This document shows positions 1 to 14,448 of a stretch of 64,000 nucleotides of DNA, in pieces. Position numbers and translations under genes: made by a program. Origin of the DNA: the human T2T-CHM13v2.0 reference genome, Homo sapiens; the NCBI RefSeq assembly GCF_009914755.1, contig NC_060926.1, one strand, 5' to 3'. The notes beneath the pieces were generated by a model that was not told the DNA's origin, searched no databases, and was given only the letters and a program-made list of their open reading frames with translations. The first letter of the stretch is position 1. Every line of letters starts with the position of its first letter.

Positions 1-261
<261 letters not shown>

Positions 262-349
262 TTACCCAATTGGCATAGATTAAATGTGGAGGGTGGGTTT
301 CTCTGAGACCCAAATGTTGAATATCACGTTTATTTTTATTAAAGCAGCT

Positions 350-488
350 CATCCTTGAGCAAGTTGCATAACTTTTTCTGGTTCAATTTATTCTTCTGTA
401 AAGTGGATTATGGTACGTATCAGTGGGGTGTTGTGAGGACTAAATAAGATCATCTATGTAAATCACTTAGCACAGCACCTACTACAAA
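350..488 (+). mobile_element. MIR SINE fragment
   Basis: CCTTGAGCAAGTTGCATAAC...TCTGTAAAGTGG...GTTGTGAGGACTAAAT...CACTTAGCACAG resembles the MIR core. Confidence 0.7.
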
Positions 489-489
489 G

Positions 490-1284
<795 letters not shown>

Positions 1285-1369
1285 TGAATATTTTTATATA
1301 CAAAATTTTCAGAACTGCATCTCTCTTCTCATAGTCCTTCTAGGCCTTAATTTTGCCTAGAAAAAAGTG

Positions 1370-1478
1370 CCATGAAAGCAGGCAGTTTGACGGCTGTGTT
1401 CACCATTGCATTGCCCAGGGCCTACAAGAGCAACCGACATATAGTAGATGCTCAAATATTTGTGAGTAAATGAATGAA
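1370..1478 (+). mobile_element. L2 3' end fragment
   Basis: TGTTCACCATTGCAT...ATAGTAGATGCTCAAATATTTG...AATGAATGAA typical L2 terminus. Confidence 0.65.
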
Positions 1479-3139
1479 GTCTATTTCTTTCCTCCTTTCC
1501 TCTTTCTATTTTTTCTTTTGATTACTCAATAGCCAGCTTCTCTTTCTTGTTATCTTTTTTACGTTGCTAAAGTATTAAAGGCAAAAAAAATAAAACCAAA
1601 CAAATTTTAATTTTCTTTGTTGATAATTACTAAATCCTCCCTAATCACTTGCTCTCTGCAACCAGTTAGAAACCCAACCAGATGGGAAAGGGCCTGGGAG
1701 AGTAGGGGGTGGGGAGAGATGCCTGTGTTGGAGAGAGCTGGAGTCCACTTGGGGCATTTCCTAGGGGTTGATATGGGCCAGGGCTGGGAGTCTGGAATGA
1801 ATGGGACTTAATTCTACTCAATAGTCTGGGAAGAAATAAATGAGGTCAATATTGACCCTAGAGGTTCAAAGTCAAAGTTTAAATGAGGCACCACCAGTAA
1901 AGGCCCCAAAGATTTGGTCACCTGCATCAGATGGTTTCTGGCCTGCAAACACATAGGGAGTTGTAAAATCTTGGACTCAGGCAGAACCCGGAATATGAAA
2001 TACAGGGAGAAAACACTCTGTATTCTAGAAATCCTGAGATAAACTGTCATATGCTAAGCTTCTCTGGAGTGGTCTCTGGACCCCATCTCCTACTCCCCAA
2101 AAACAGAAATGACTGAAAACTGCAGACACACTAATCATTACTGATTAACTGTCATCATCTGTGTACATATGTATTTATCCACCTACCTACCTTTTTCTCA
2201 CAGCTGTAAAACAGAGGTTACCTATGCACACTGCCCTAGAAAGAAACAGGAAGGATACTGGCTGGCTGGGGACTGGGAGATGTGGGTTTAAGGGGGACAG
2301 TTGCAATTCACTTTTTGCCTGTTGTCACCATTTGGGTCTCTGAAAACAGCATTGGCTCACCCTCCCCCACCTTCTTTATTCCCAAAGATTTGACTGGTTA
2401 TTTAATTATATTAACACAAATCATTGCATTGTAGAGAATTTCAAACAGACACAAAAGATGGCTCTCCCGTTACTCCATGGCCACCCTGTCCCATATACAC
2501 AGCTCCATCTGCTCCCCCCATTCCCATTGACTGGATTTTAAAATAGAATGAAAACATGGCCCTTCAGTCCAGGCACAGTATTATGTTTATGGGGCATCTT
2601 TCTTCTTACACCCTGAACACTCACCTGCATTTCCTGACTAGTAAGTAGGGAGGGGGGTGATTCCTCTCTCTATTGGAGAAGAAAATTTGGTGATCTACAG
2701 AAGTGAGTGTTTGGGGAAAGTGGGTCAGTGGAGGATGCAGGTGAGGTTCCAGAGTCTGGACATACAAGAGGATGGGGTTGGGGGCAGATGATCTGGGCAG
2801 AGAAAGCAGTGAAGCAAGAGGTGGAGAAAAGGGGGTGGAGAGGGCACATCCAGGTGAAGCGTCCTGAGTATAGGGGAGCCCACAGGACTGGAACAAGTGG
2901 GGCTGGTGGTACCTATCTAGGGATCATCCGCAAAACTGTGGCAATATGAACATGACCTCCCACAGAGAATCACTGGGCAGAAGAGAGCACCTGGTCTGAG
3001 CTTAGGAGAAGAGCCCGAGTTATTGCTTGAGAGGAAAAGAGGAACAGAGAAAGAACAGTCTGGAAATAAAAGGAGCAACTGAGGCATCAGTCTCTGCCTT
3101 CTTGAACTAGGAATGCTCTAAGAGAAAGAAGAAAATCAC

Positions 3140-3380
3140 CATAATAACACCATTAGCCAACTTTCATAGAAGCCTTCTTACATGCGAGCCACCTGACATG
3201 CATTATTTTACTTAATCTTCACTACAGCCTTATAAGGGAGAGCACATTTATTAACTTACTTTATAATTGAGACTGGAGGCACTGAATGGCTTAAAAAACA
3301 AGCCCAAGACCACACAGCTACTAGATAGAAGAGTTGGGCTACGAGCTCAGGAAGTTTGAGCTGGCAGTCTCCACACTTAA
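3140..3380 (-). mobile_element. MIR
   Basis: TTAATCTTCACTACAGCC...GCCCAAGACCACACAGCTACTA reverse MIR core. Confidence 0.65.
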
Positions 3381-3591
3381 CCATGCCAACCTGCCTGCCT
3401 GGGGAAGCCATGGTTGGTTTCGCATGATAAAGAACTGCCACTGAAGCCTGAATTAAGGGAAAGGGTGGTGGGTTGCCGAGAGTAGAAGTCGATGAGAGCC
3501 ACCACATGGAGTCATCAGTACAGACCAACCAGTCAGTCTAAGAGATCGTTCTTGGAAGAGGGAAGAGAGAGGTAGTGGCTAGATTGATGAC

Positions 3592-4205
3592 TGTGATGGT
3601 TAACTTATGTGTCAACTTAACTGGGTTAAGGGACACCCAGACAGCTGGTAAAACATTATTTCTGGGTGTGTCTGTGAGGGTGTTTCTGGAACAGACCAGC
3701 ATTTCAGTCAGAGAACTGAGTAAAGCAGATTCACCCTTACCAACATGGGCTGGCATCAGCCAATTCACTGAGGGCCCAAATAGAATAAAAAGGCAAGGAC
3801 GATTGGGTGAACTGGCTCTGTCTTTTCCTGAGCTGGGACATCCATTTTCTCCTGCCCTTGGACATCAGAGCTCCTGGTTCAAAGTTCCCCTGAATCTCAC
3901 CCCCAATCCCCTCCAATTCTCAGGCCTTTGGACTGGGAGTTACACCAGAGGCTCCGCTTGTTCTTAGGCCTTGGGACTCAAACTGAATTACACTATTGGC
4001 TTTCCTAGGCTCCATAATTGCATGAACCAATCCAATAAAAAAATGTCCTTTCATCTGTGTATCTATGTATTTCTCTATGTATCTGTATATCTATGTATTA
4101 GCAATCCATCCATCCATCCATCCATCCATCCATTCATCCAACCAACCACCCAACCATTCATCCATCCTATTGGTTTTGCTTCTCTGGAGAACTCTGACTA
4201 GTACA
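3592..4205 (+). mobile_element. ERVL solo LTR (MLT2 family) with internal (CCAT)n/(TATC)n microsatellite
   Basis: Starts TGTGATGGTTAA..GTGTCAACTT, ends CCTATTGGTT..TCTCTGGAGAACTCTGACTAGTACA; 5-bp TSD ATGAC/ATGGC. Confidence 0.9.
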
Positions 4206-4802
4206 ATGGCCCTAGGAAAACCCTGGTTTTCTGCAAAATAGAGGGGGAAGTGGAGAAGCTGGTGACAAGGGAGACAAGAGGCGAAGGCAGGGAGTGGACA
4301 TAGGAAGACAGCTGGAATAGATACTTTTTGGTGTGGGTGGAGGGGCTTGGTTTCTGTGCAGGCAATGAAGGCAGAGAGGTGATTCCAGGAAGGAAGGAGG
4401 GATGAAGGGCACCTGTTTGATTTGACCATGGTGAAGGAAGTCAAGAGCTTGTCATCATGTCAAGGTGGGAAGAGACTGGAACCTATGGAGAGAAATGAGT
4501 GTGTGAAACAGCTGGGATAAACTGGGTAGGATGGCAGACTCTTGAGATTGCCAGGAAGTTGCTTATCCTGAGTCCCAGAGAAGTGTGCAGTTATACTTCT
4601 CGAGTTTTCTTGGTAGTGGCTTAACTTGATCACAGAGTGCCAGCATTGCAGAGATTGGTTAAGGCAGATGGAGGCCTGGAAATCAGATCAAACTTGCTCC
4701 TCAGTGCCTTCACCCTGCTTCTGCCAGCTCTGTGCCTGGCATGCAGGATGGGAAAGAAGAGAGGTGGTTTGGAAGCAGGAGGCAGGGAGCCCGCATCCCT
4801 GC

Positions 4803-5205
4803 CTTACCCTACCTCCTGCCACCACCTGGGCAGCACTGCAGTGAGCTCCAGGATGAGAAGGCTGACTCAGGTGACTGAGAGTCTCCTCTTAGAGCAGGTT
4901 GCTGCCCAGCTCCAGGGCTGGCCAAGCCATCTCTCCAACCAGATTTCAGAGAGAGGTGGCTGGCAGGAGCATGGTGATCTCACACGCCTCAGCACACTCC
5001 TTTCCCACCAGCTCCTGGGAGGTGTGGGGCATGCTTAGGAACTCCATGCTTTCAGCCTCACTGTTTAGCAGGATGGCCATTTATGCCCAAGGTTCAGATT
5101 CTCAGAGTGGTCCCTGTCCCCAGAGTAAGAACTACTTACCCTACCTCTTGCCACCACCCCGGCAGCACTGCAGTGAGCTCAGGAGTGAGGAGGTTGACTC
5201 AGGTG
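4803..5205 (+). repeat. Dispersed direct doublet: 4803-4873 and 5135-5205
   Basis: CTTACCCTACCTC(C/T)TGCCACCACC..GGCAGCACTGCAGTGAGCTC..TGACTCAGGTG present twice; 5 substitutions plus 2 single-base indels. Confidence 0.9.
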
Positions 5206-5512
5206 GCCCGATTCAGAGCAGGCACCCAACTACTGTAGAGCGAATTTCCCCCTGAACTCCTGGGGTAGTGGCCAGTGCCCCCAACTCCTAACCCAAGTCC
5301 AATTACCCAGCAGGCCCAAAGAAACATGAGTAAAGCTTCCATCTCTTTTCTAGACTTACACGGATGGGGCTCTGCCACAGGCATTGGCTATAAGAAGGTT
5401 GGTCTCTCTTAGCCATACGTTGCGACAGCAACAGGAAGAGAAAGATGCGGCCTCGTTAAAGCCCATTGGGAAATGTGAGCAGGATCAATGCTAGTTGAGA
5501 AATCTGGGGTAC

Positions 5513-6365
5513 CTTTTTAGTAACAGCTTTATTGAAATATAATTATTCACACACCATACAATTCAACCATTTAAAGTGTACAATTCAATGATTTTTAGTA
5601 TATTCATAGAGCTGTGCAACTATCACCACAATTAATTTAAAAATATTTTACCACCTTGAAAGAAACCCTGAGCCATTTAGCTATTACTCTATAATCTCCC
5701 CAACATCCTCTACCCCTAAGCAACTACTCATCTACTTTCTGTCTATAGATTTGCCTATTCTGGATGTTTCATATAAATGGAATCATATAATAAGTGGTCT
5801 TTTGTGTCTGGCTTCTTTCACTTAGTATAATGGTTTCAAGGTTCAACCATGTTTCAGCATGTATCAGTACTTCATTCTTTTTTATGGCTGAATAATATTC
5901 CAAGGTATGGATATACCATAGTTTGTTTATTGATTTATCAGTCGATGGACATTTTAGTTGTTTCTAGTTTTTGGCTATTAAGAATAATGCTTCTATGAAC
6001 ACTTGTATGCAAGTTTTTGTGTGAACACATGTTTTTATTTCTCTTGGGTGATGTACCTAGAATTGAGATTGCTGGGTCATATGGTAACTCTATGCTTAAC
6101 TTTTTGAGGAAATGACTGGCTGTTTTCCAAAGTAGCTTCATCTTTTTCCATTCTCTGGGGCAATGTATGAGAGTCCCAATTGTCCACAGTCTTGTCAACA
6201 CTTATTATTATCTGACTCTTTGATTATAATCATCCTACTGGGTATAAAGTGGTATCCATTGTCATTTTGATTTGCCTGATGACTAATGATATTAAGCATC
6301 TTTCTATGTACTAATTGGCCATTTGTATATCTTCTTTGGAGAGATGTCTATTCAGATCCATTGCT
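5513..6365 (-). mobile_element. Old L1 3' end (L1MB-like)
   Basis: ACAGCTTTATTGAAATATAAT...CATTTAAAGTGTACAATTCAATG...GGCTTCTTTCACTTAG...GCTGGGTCATATGGTAACTCTATG; minus-strand ORF ...IELPYDPAISILG resembles the ORF2 C-terminus. Confidence 0.9.
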
Positions 6366-6453
6366 TTTTATTTTATTTTTTTTTTATAAGATGGAGTCTT
6401 GCTTTGTCACCCAGGCTGGAGTGCAGCAGCGTGATCTCGGCTCACTGCAACCT
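6366..6453 (-). mobile_element. Alu 3' fragment
   Basis: poly(T) then GATGGAGTCTTGCTTTGTCACCCAGGCTGGAGTGCAG...CTCACTGCAACCT, abruptly truncated. Confidence 0.9.
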
Positions 6454-6454
6454 A

Positions 6455-6560
6455 TATTTCAAGGGCTCTATAGCCACATGTGCCTAGTGGCTACTGTATT
6501 GGACAGTGCAAATATAGACTATTCCCATAAATGCAAAAAGTTTTACTGGATGTTGTTATA
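6455..6560. mobile_element. hAT-Charlie MITE fragment (MER3/MER33-like)
   Basis: ATTTCAAGGGCTCTATAGCCACATGTGCCTAGTGGCTACTGTATTGGACAGTGCA. Confidence 0.75.
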
Positions 6561-7254
6561 GAGGCTAAGTTACATGTCCAAGATGACATATGGGTCATAC
6601 ATCATCCTTAGGCTCTGAGTCCTTGGATCAGTGCTAGATCTCAAGCATGAACCTAATTGACAAGAGAGAAAGGACTTACAAGAGGAAGAAACATTAAGTT
6701 GTTTTCATGGTTCTAAAGTTCTGTTGTATTTTTAAAAAGTCAGAAGAAGCCACCAGCAAATGAACCCAAGTCAGCTGATGTTTCATGAGAGTACTTCAGC
6801 ACCAGGCACTGTGCTTTATTTTGTGTTACCAGGAACACAAAGTTGAGTATGTTTCCTGATTGCAGAGATCTTTACGGTTTTCTGTGGAAGACTGGACACA
6901 TACAGTTAGTACAAAGCGCATACAGGTATTATCTTCAGAGAGATGCAGGCAACCAGCCTGGGGGCTGGGGATTAAGATTCACTCCCAGGGGCATCTCTAT
7001 AGTACACACACCTTAATAGATGTCCTATTTTTCCTAGCCATTTAAGCACCCCCTTGTCTTTTTGACTCTCCCAGAGAGCATGACCAGCTTCAGGGAAGAA
7101 CATACCGATTGTGTTATTACAGGGCTGTGCTTCGACACTGGCTGACATCTGGCCAACCCTACAATACTAAAACTGCACAGACTCGCAGTGCAGAAGAGGC
7201 TGACAGCCCCAGTGAAAAACTGAGTTCTCCAGTTCTAACTTCCAGGGGTTATTC

Positions 7255-8110
7255 AAAGTGTCAGGGAAGTGGGGCAGGGAGTGGCGGAGGGAAGACATTC
7301 TAGAAAATTGATGAGGAGTGTTTGGGCTGGGGCCTTTTGGAAACTGCTCCCATCCTGAGGCTGGCCCAGCCTGCCCCATCTCAACCCAGTGCCTTTGAAG
7401 TGTGTTACCTGGACAGGGAGCTGAGCCATGCTTGGCAGGAAGGGGCGGAAGGCTGTGTGGTCTGGCACAGGGCAGAGCAGAGGGGCAGCGGGACTAAGCT
7501 AGGATCTGGTGCTGACTCAACGGCACCTCTGCAGCCAGCATTCCGCCAGCCAGTCCAGCTGGAAAATGAGGGAAGGACCAAGTGGAGACCTCACTGAGAA
7601 ATCCAGATGTCTTTCACGAGAATAAACAAGGCAGCCCTCCTTTCTTTCTCTGGCCCGTGTTTCTCGCTTTGTGTGTGTGTCTGTTTCTGGGTCTCTGGGA
7701 GTGTGTGTGTGTGTGTGTCTTTTAGCTTTGAGCATTTTTCTCTGTTCCCTGTGCTTTTACTTTCCATATAGATCCACGTCAGGGCTTGATTTTGGTCTCT
7801 GCCTCAGTCACTGTCTTCAGGTATCACTGGGCAGAGCCCGTAGTATCCCTCTCACCCCACCCACTTCCCTATACCTGTCTTTAACTTCCCTTCTATTTCA
7901 AGCAAGGTCCGGGTTTCTGCTGAGTCTTCTGAGTGGTGTGTCTCGGCGGCCTCGGCTCTTCCTCCTTGACAATAGAAATGTTGGGGGGTAGCGGGAATAG
8001 AAAAAGCTCTTGACCTGGCAAAGGCCTTGCAGGGCTCTGGCTCTGTTCGTTGCTGGAGCAACAGCAGAGTTTTTTTTTGTTGTTTTTTTTTTTTTGTTTT
8101 TTTTTTAATA
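7255..8110. promoter_or_regulatory. Candidate enhancer/promoter
   Basis: No recognisable transposon, GC-richer, retains CpGs; GC-box/ETS GGGGCGGAAG (~7442), MARE/AP-1 TGCTGACTCA (7510-7519), (TG)n 7670-7718, T-rich tract 8069-8106. Confidence 0.45.
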
Positions 8111-8449
8111 GGCACTTCTGGTATAGGAACAAAGAACAACAACAGAAAAACCCACTCCTTTAAAGTATGTACTTTTCTATGGCCTTGGATTTCATTTTTC
8201 TTTGCCACCCCGTGCCTCACCCCCAGAGTTCTCAGACAGGCCACACATCTTCCATCTTTCTACCCCTACATCCTTCCTATTTCTCAGAAAGCAAAATCCA
8301 TTTACCTCCCCCTGGCCTTCCTCTCTCATCCCATTCCTCCTCATGTAGTGTGATTTGGAGAGTAGCTTGACTTTAATTGTCTGCATCTCATTTGACTCAA
8401 GTTTCAGAGGGACACCCTTGTTCAGAGTCTGACTCTGTCCGAAAACATA

Positions 8450-8640
8450 CCAGCTGGGAGTCACACAAAACTGAGTTGGACCACGATGCCTCCCTCAGCT
8501 GAGTGACCTTGGTGTGTGCCATTTTGAGCTTCAGTGCTCCTCACTTGTAAAACGGAAATAATTTAACCCACAATGGTGGGAATGCAAAACAGGATAATAT
8601 ACATAACCTTCTTAAGCATACTGTTCAATAAGTAAATGGG
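8450..8640 (+). mobile_element. MIR
   Basis: AGCTGAGTGACCTTGG...GAGCTTCAGTGCTCCTCACTTGTAAAACGG. Confidence 0.6.
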
Positions 8641-8793
8641 CTTTCGACCTGAAGTTCCAACTCTTCACATTCACTGTGGATAGCAAAGAGTGTTCTCTCT
8701 TTTTAAGATAGCCTTGGCTTCTCCTCTTAATGTATTCCCCTTTCCTTCTGTACCAGGCCTAGTGATAATTGCCTGTCCTGCCTCTGTTCACAG

Positions 8794-8883
8794 GGAGCGA
8801 GCCTCAGTGCTTTGAACGCCTCCTGCTCCATCACAGTGACTGCTCAAGGCAGGACACCTGATCCTATCGGAATCCACCCACGG
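8794..8883 (+). other. Candidate 90-nt internal exon (probably non-coding RNA)
   Basis: Acceptor TGCCTGTCCTGCCTCTGTTCACAG| and strong donor CGG|GTGAGT. Confidence 0.3.
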
Positions 8884-9444
8884 GTGAGTCTGGGACAATT
8901 CGATTCTCTCTTTCATAAATGAAAGAATGAAAGGCACACAGGAGGAAGGATCAGTTAGGGGCAGTCATGGGAGGTGAGAAGCCTTAGGAGGATGGAATAT
9001 TGGAAGAAGGATAAGAGGAACAAATAGCAGCAGGCGAGGAGGATGGAATCAAGAGACAATGGCCCTGGATCACAAAGGCTTTTGGTTCTCCCGTTCCAGG
9101 GACCCATGACATCTTCCCCATTTTCCCATGACATTCCTGGTACCTTTTCAACCACGCCTCTATTCCCTTGAACTAGTTGGAGGGGGTTTCTGTTCCTTGC
9201 AACCCAAAGAGCCTTTATGAGAACACCGCCATGGATTTTCTGATTGTGAGTGCTGCTTGGCTGTCACAGAAGTCCTCTTCTTCTCTCACCTCGAAGGGTT
9301 TGGGCATTCTGTGTCTTCATGGAATGTCAACTCTGCAAGGTGCTGCACGACAGGAGTTCATTCTTCCATCAGTTTTCAAGCTAGACAACTTTCATGCTTA
9401 GGAAACTCCTGTAGCATCCAACAATGTTCCTCTTGCTGCAGTTT

Positions 9445-9760
9445 GAACTCTTCTTCTCATTGTTCTTCTTCTTTTTTGAGATGGAGTTTCGCTGTTGTTG
9501 CCCAGGCTGTGGTGCAATGGTGTGATCTCGGTTCAATACAAACTTGGCCTCCTGGGTTCAGGCGATTCTCCTGCCTCAGCCTCCTGAGTAGCTGGGATTA
9601 CAGGCGCCTGCCACCACACCCAGCTAATTTTTGTATTTTTAGTAGAGACTGGGTTTTGCCATGTTGGCCAGGCTGGTCTCGAACTCCTGACCTCAGGTGA
9701 TCTGCCCACCTTGGCCTCCCAACGTGCTGGGATTATATGCGTGAGCCACTGCACCTGGCC
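9445..9760 (-). mobile_element. AluS (Sq/Sp-like)
   Basis: Reverse Alu GAGATGGAGTTTCGCTGTTGTTGCCCAGG...GCACCTGGCC; tail decayed to (TCT)n. Confidence 0.95.
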
Positions 9761-10761
9761 TTTCCCCCGGCCCCCGCTCCTTTGGAAGCCTTGTAGCTCA
9801 ATTTTTTTTTTAATTGATTGGTTTCAAGGAGACCAGAGATCAGACTCTGAATTTCTCAAGGGAGAGATTCTGGAGACATAAAATCTGTTTTGAAAGTTTT
9901 AAACTATATCTTACCTTTGCAAGATGCCTGATGTTTTGGATCTCAGCCCTATTTTTTTGAGAATTCACCATACGTTCACAGACATCATCTCTTTGTTCCT
10001 TCCCACAATATCTGGCTGGCTCAGTGAACCCATTCTCCCAACCTGGAAATAGAAGCCTAGAAGAAGGCTGGCTGGGGGCTTGCATCTCTGAGGCAAGTCA
10101 GCTTTGGAAACCTGGGAAGAATGCCTCCTTTCCCCACTATCCCAGGCTCATTGCCAAGCTGCCAGCTAGAGACCCGAGCTCTGGGCAGAACTCATTTCAG
10201 AGTGAGTCAGAAACATGAGGGAGTCTTGTTCACACATGCCGACCAAGGGAAAAGCCCCAAGGGAGATGTTTCAAGGAGTCCTACCAGAGACTCGGGAGAT
10301 CTTTTCTCTTCTCTATTGGAAGAGACAGCCCACCCACTTGGCGGATGCCCAGCTCTCCAGACTGAGTGCCAAGAAAAGAATAAGAGAGGTCCTGAGACCC
10401 TGGCTCCAGGGCCATGGTCTGTCTCTATGGAGTACAGGGTCGGGACCATTCATAACAGGCACAAAACACTCCTCTGGCCCTTTAGCAAGAGAGCTGCTAT
10501 GACAGCACCCCCACTGACCTGGACATCTCTGTGATGTTACCTTAGAAACCAGAAAAAGCAATCTAAGCCACTTCTTTGATTTTCTCTAGCATCTGGAAAT
10601 TAAACTTTTTACACGAGCCAATACTTTTAGCCTTTTTCTTAACCCAAACTTCCTCTCCCAGGACTGCTGTGGAGGGAGAATTTAGAACGGGTGAGCTAAG
10701 AACCTTCCGAGATGCCAAAGGTCTTTGACATTTGGTGAGTTTGAGTACTCCTAGTACTCAA

Positions 10762-10965
10762 GGGCAAGTGCAGTCTGGTTGGATCTCTCCAGGTAGGGAG
10801 CCTTTTAAAACCCCAGAATTTCCAGGTGGGCACCTCCTTCCTTTCAGCATTGCATGGGCCATGGCCATCAATGAGGGCAATTTCCTTGCACCACAGGTCC
10901 CAGGGACAGTGTCTCTGCGTGGCCTGGTGAGGGGGAAGGGCCTCCAAAATTAGATGACTAGATTT
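10762..10965 (+). repeat. Dispersed duplication copy A (partner 14242-14448)
   Basis: ~204 bp, 24 substitutions plus one 3-bp indel (~88% identity) by manual alignment. Confidence 0.95.
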
Positions 10966-11194
10966 CGACTCATGGATGACATTCCTGAGTGAGATCAGGG
11001 GTCAGGCAGGTGGTAAGAGGCATGAAAAAAATGCACTACTCCCCAGCCCCCCAGCCCTGGGTAATATTTTAGATGACTACATGCAAATAGGGAGAATTCA
11101 CAATGGATCGAGGTTCACATTAGTGGACAGAATGTTTATGTGGGCCTAGGTGAGAGTACCTCTGTGGAGAACCTAGAGGCAGAGGCCTGAGGGT

Positions 11195-11531
<337 letters not shown>

Positions 11532-12241
11532 CACTTGGGTGGGCCCAGTCCCTGGCATCTTCAGGTTTTTGTGGAGCTGGTGTGCACGCACATCTGCATG
11601 TAGGACATTTGGGGTACCAAGGCAAATAGAAATATCTAGGCCAGAGGTCATTTCAGTGTTTGTTTTGTTTTGTTTTTTGAATGATTCCGTAATTGTTAAT
11701 TTTCTATTTCAAAACATTTCTCAAGTCCTTGGAGATCCTTGGAGAATTCCAGAGGCCCTCCAGAAACTTGACCGATAGATCTTCTTAATTAAATTTCTCC
11801 AGTAGGTCACTGGGAAGAAGGAGCTAGCTGGGAGTCTTAGAGTCATATGTGATCTTCCCCCTTTCTTTCTGTCATTATTTCAGATCGCTGTCCTGCACTC
11901 CTCTTTCTTCTCTCTGGCGAGCCACCAAGGAGATAAAATATGAAGCCAGAAGCCCTAAGAGCTTAGGCGTGGTGGGGAAAAATAAATCTTAGAGAGGTTT
12001 GAGTGCATGAGAGAGGGGTATCCAGCAAGGGCTTTGTGGGCGCGGCGAGAAAAAGCTTGGGGCTAGGACTCAGGGAACTCTGGCAGGAGTTGAATCAGTC
12101 CTCCGCCGGTCTAGGAATGGCAGACTCCACACAGCTGGCTCCGGGCTGTGCAAAGGGAGTGGCAGGTGAGGGCTGTTAGCCCCTGGCTCGATCCTGGAGC
12201 CAGGCATCACAGGTTGCAACAAACTCCAAAAAGATTGCCCA

Positions 12242-12680
<439 letters not shown>

Positions 12681-14241
12681 TTAAGTGTGGGACAGAGATG
12701 AGGAAGCAAGCTGGTTCCAGGTTTCCAGCTCTGGCAAGCTCTCCTGTTTGCCTGGTAGGACGAGTCCTCTGGAACCAAGTGGTTCCTGTGGCATCCAGGG
12801 TAAACGTCTGCTCCTTGGCTTCTTGGCTACCTTCTTGGGAGACATTTGGGTCCCAGCTCTAATGCCTGGAAGCCCACACTTTACCGCAGTGAGTGAGGGG
12901 CCTCCTGGGCCAGGGCAGGCTGTTCAGCCCACCAGTATCTCATTCTCTAAACCCAGACAATGTGCCTGACTCCAGCTCCTGGAAAAGCTGGGTCTGGTCA
13001 AATGGGAGGACTCAACGTGTTAGTGCACATGGGAGGGCAGGATTTCTGCTGTTTTCCCTGTCCCTCCAATTTATTGGCCAGTGCAGGCACCAACCAGTCC
13101 CCTGCTGACCCTGCCAAGGCATTTTTCTTCTTTTTGCCACACCTTGAACTCTCATTTAGCTCAGGGTCACAGACAAAACCATATACCCCTTTAGCCTCAG
13201 TTTCCTCATCTGTAAAGTGGGTGGCACTTCACCCATAACTCAGCCTCAAACTAGGACATCCCTTCCTTAAGCCTATGCTGATGTAGATCAGACTTAGAGT
13301 TAAGAACCTCTTCGTAAAGGCTCTCGGGTTTGTCTCTGATATTCCCATTTTCTTAAATTTGGGGATTCATGAAGATCTTGAGATATAATCCTTGGGAATG
13401 TCAAGAGTTTACTGTACATTAAAACATTGATAGTGTGTTGTCTTGTGTTCTGCGACAGTGGATGATCTGAAGAGTCTTCTTTGAATCTTTATGGATATGC
13501 ATTTTTTTTTTGGTACAGTGAGAAATAAACTGTAAAGACTTTAAAGTAAACTTTTAAAGACTGTTATGAGAGGGAGAGGTCCCAGTCACTTGTTCACCTG
13601 CTTCTCAAGGGTGCTAAGGGGTGAGCAATGGTTTTGTGTAAGGAGGCAGAGATTCAGTTCCATGACCTCTGGAAGGACCTTGCAGTACACCATTCTGTGC
13701 TCTATGCGCACAGTCCTTTCCTGCACTTGTCTGGGGGAGCCTGTCGCCAGGAACCAGAAGAGGAGAAGAGAAGGAGAGGGAATGGGAAAAGGAGACTGGA
13801 GGAGAGAGAAAGAAGAGCAAAAGAGAAAACTGCACTATCACGAAAAGTTTGAAACCTTCCTTTCAACTTTTCCCTTATAATTAGTGGACGCAGCTGGAGG
13901 GAAGAACCCTGGGTGAGTTGCAACTTGTTGGGCTCCAGCCCTCAGGATGTGTAAGACTGGCACAGTGTTTGGGCAGAAGACTCAGTTCTCAGATGGCTCC
14001 TCCTCCCTCTCTGTCTTTTCGTTTTAATTCCCTGCCTGGGAGGGGCTTGTGAGGCGTTTGAAACATTTTAGTGTCCTCAGCCAGGAAGCCTTTCCTACAG
14101 GGCTGGCCTGGAGATGCGGGGAAGGAGGTGGTCGAGGCAGTCTTCCTTCTGCAGTGACTCAGGAGCCAGCTCCTAAAAGGGCCTGGGGGATGTTGTGGGG
14201 AAGGTCCTGAAGGAGGAATGGGGAGGGCCAGGATCCTGCAG

Positions 14242-14448
14242 GGGCAAGTGCAGTCTGGTTGGATCTCTCCAGGCAGGGAGCCTCTTAAAATCCCAGAATT
14301 TCCAGGTGGGCATCTGCTGCCTTTCGGCATGGGAGCAGCCATGGCCATCAATGAGGGTAATTTCCTTGTATCATGGGTCCCAGGGACAGTGTCCCTGCAT
14401 GGCCTGGTGGTGAGGGGGCAGGGCCTTCAAAGTCAGATGACTATATTT
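14242..14448 (+). repeat. Dispersed duplication copy B (partner 10762-10965)
   Basis: Same alignment as copy A; 3' end runs into an adjacent MIR. Confidence 0.95.

Noticed and set aside
9257-9754. Alu-derived ORFs (e.g. ...[13 protein letters not shown]..., also at other Alus)
   Set aside because: Standard spurious Alu translations.
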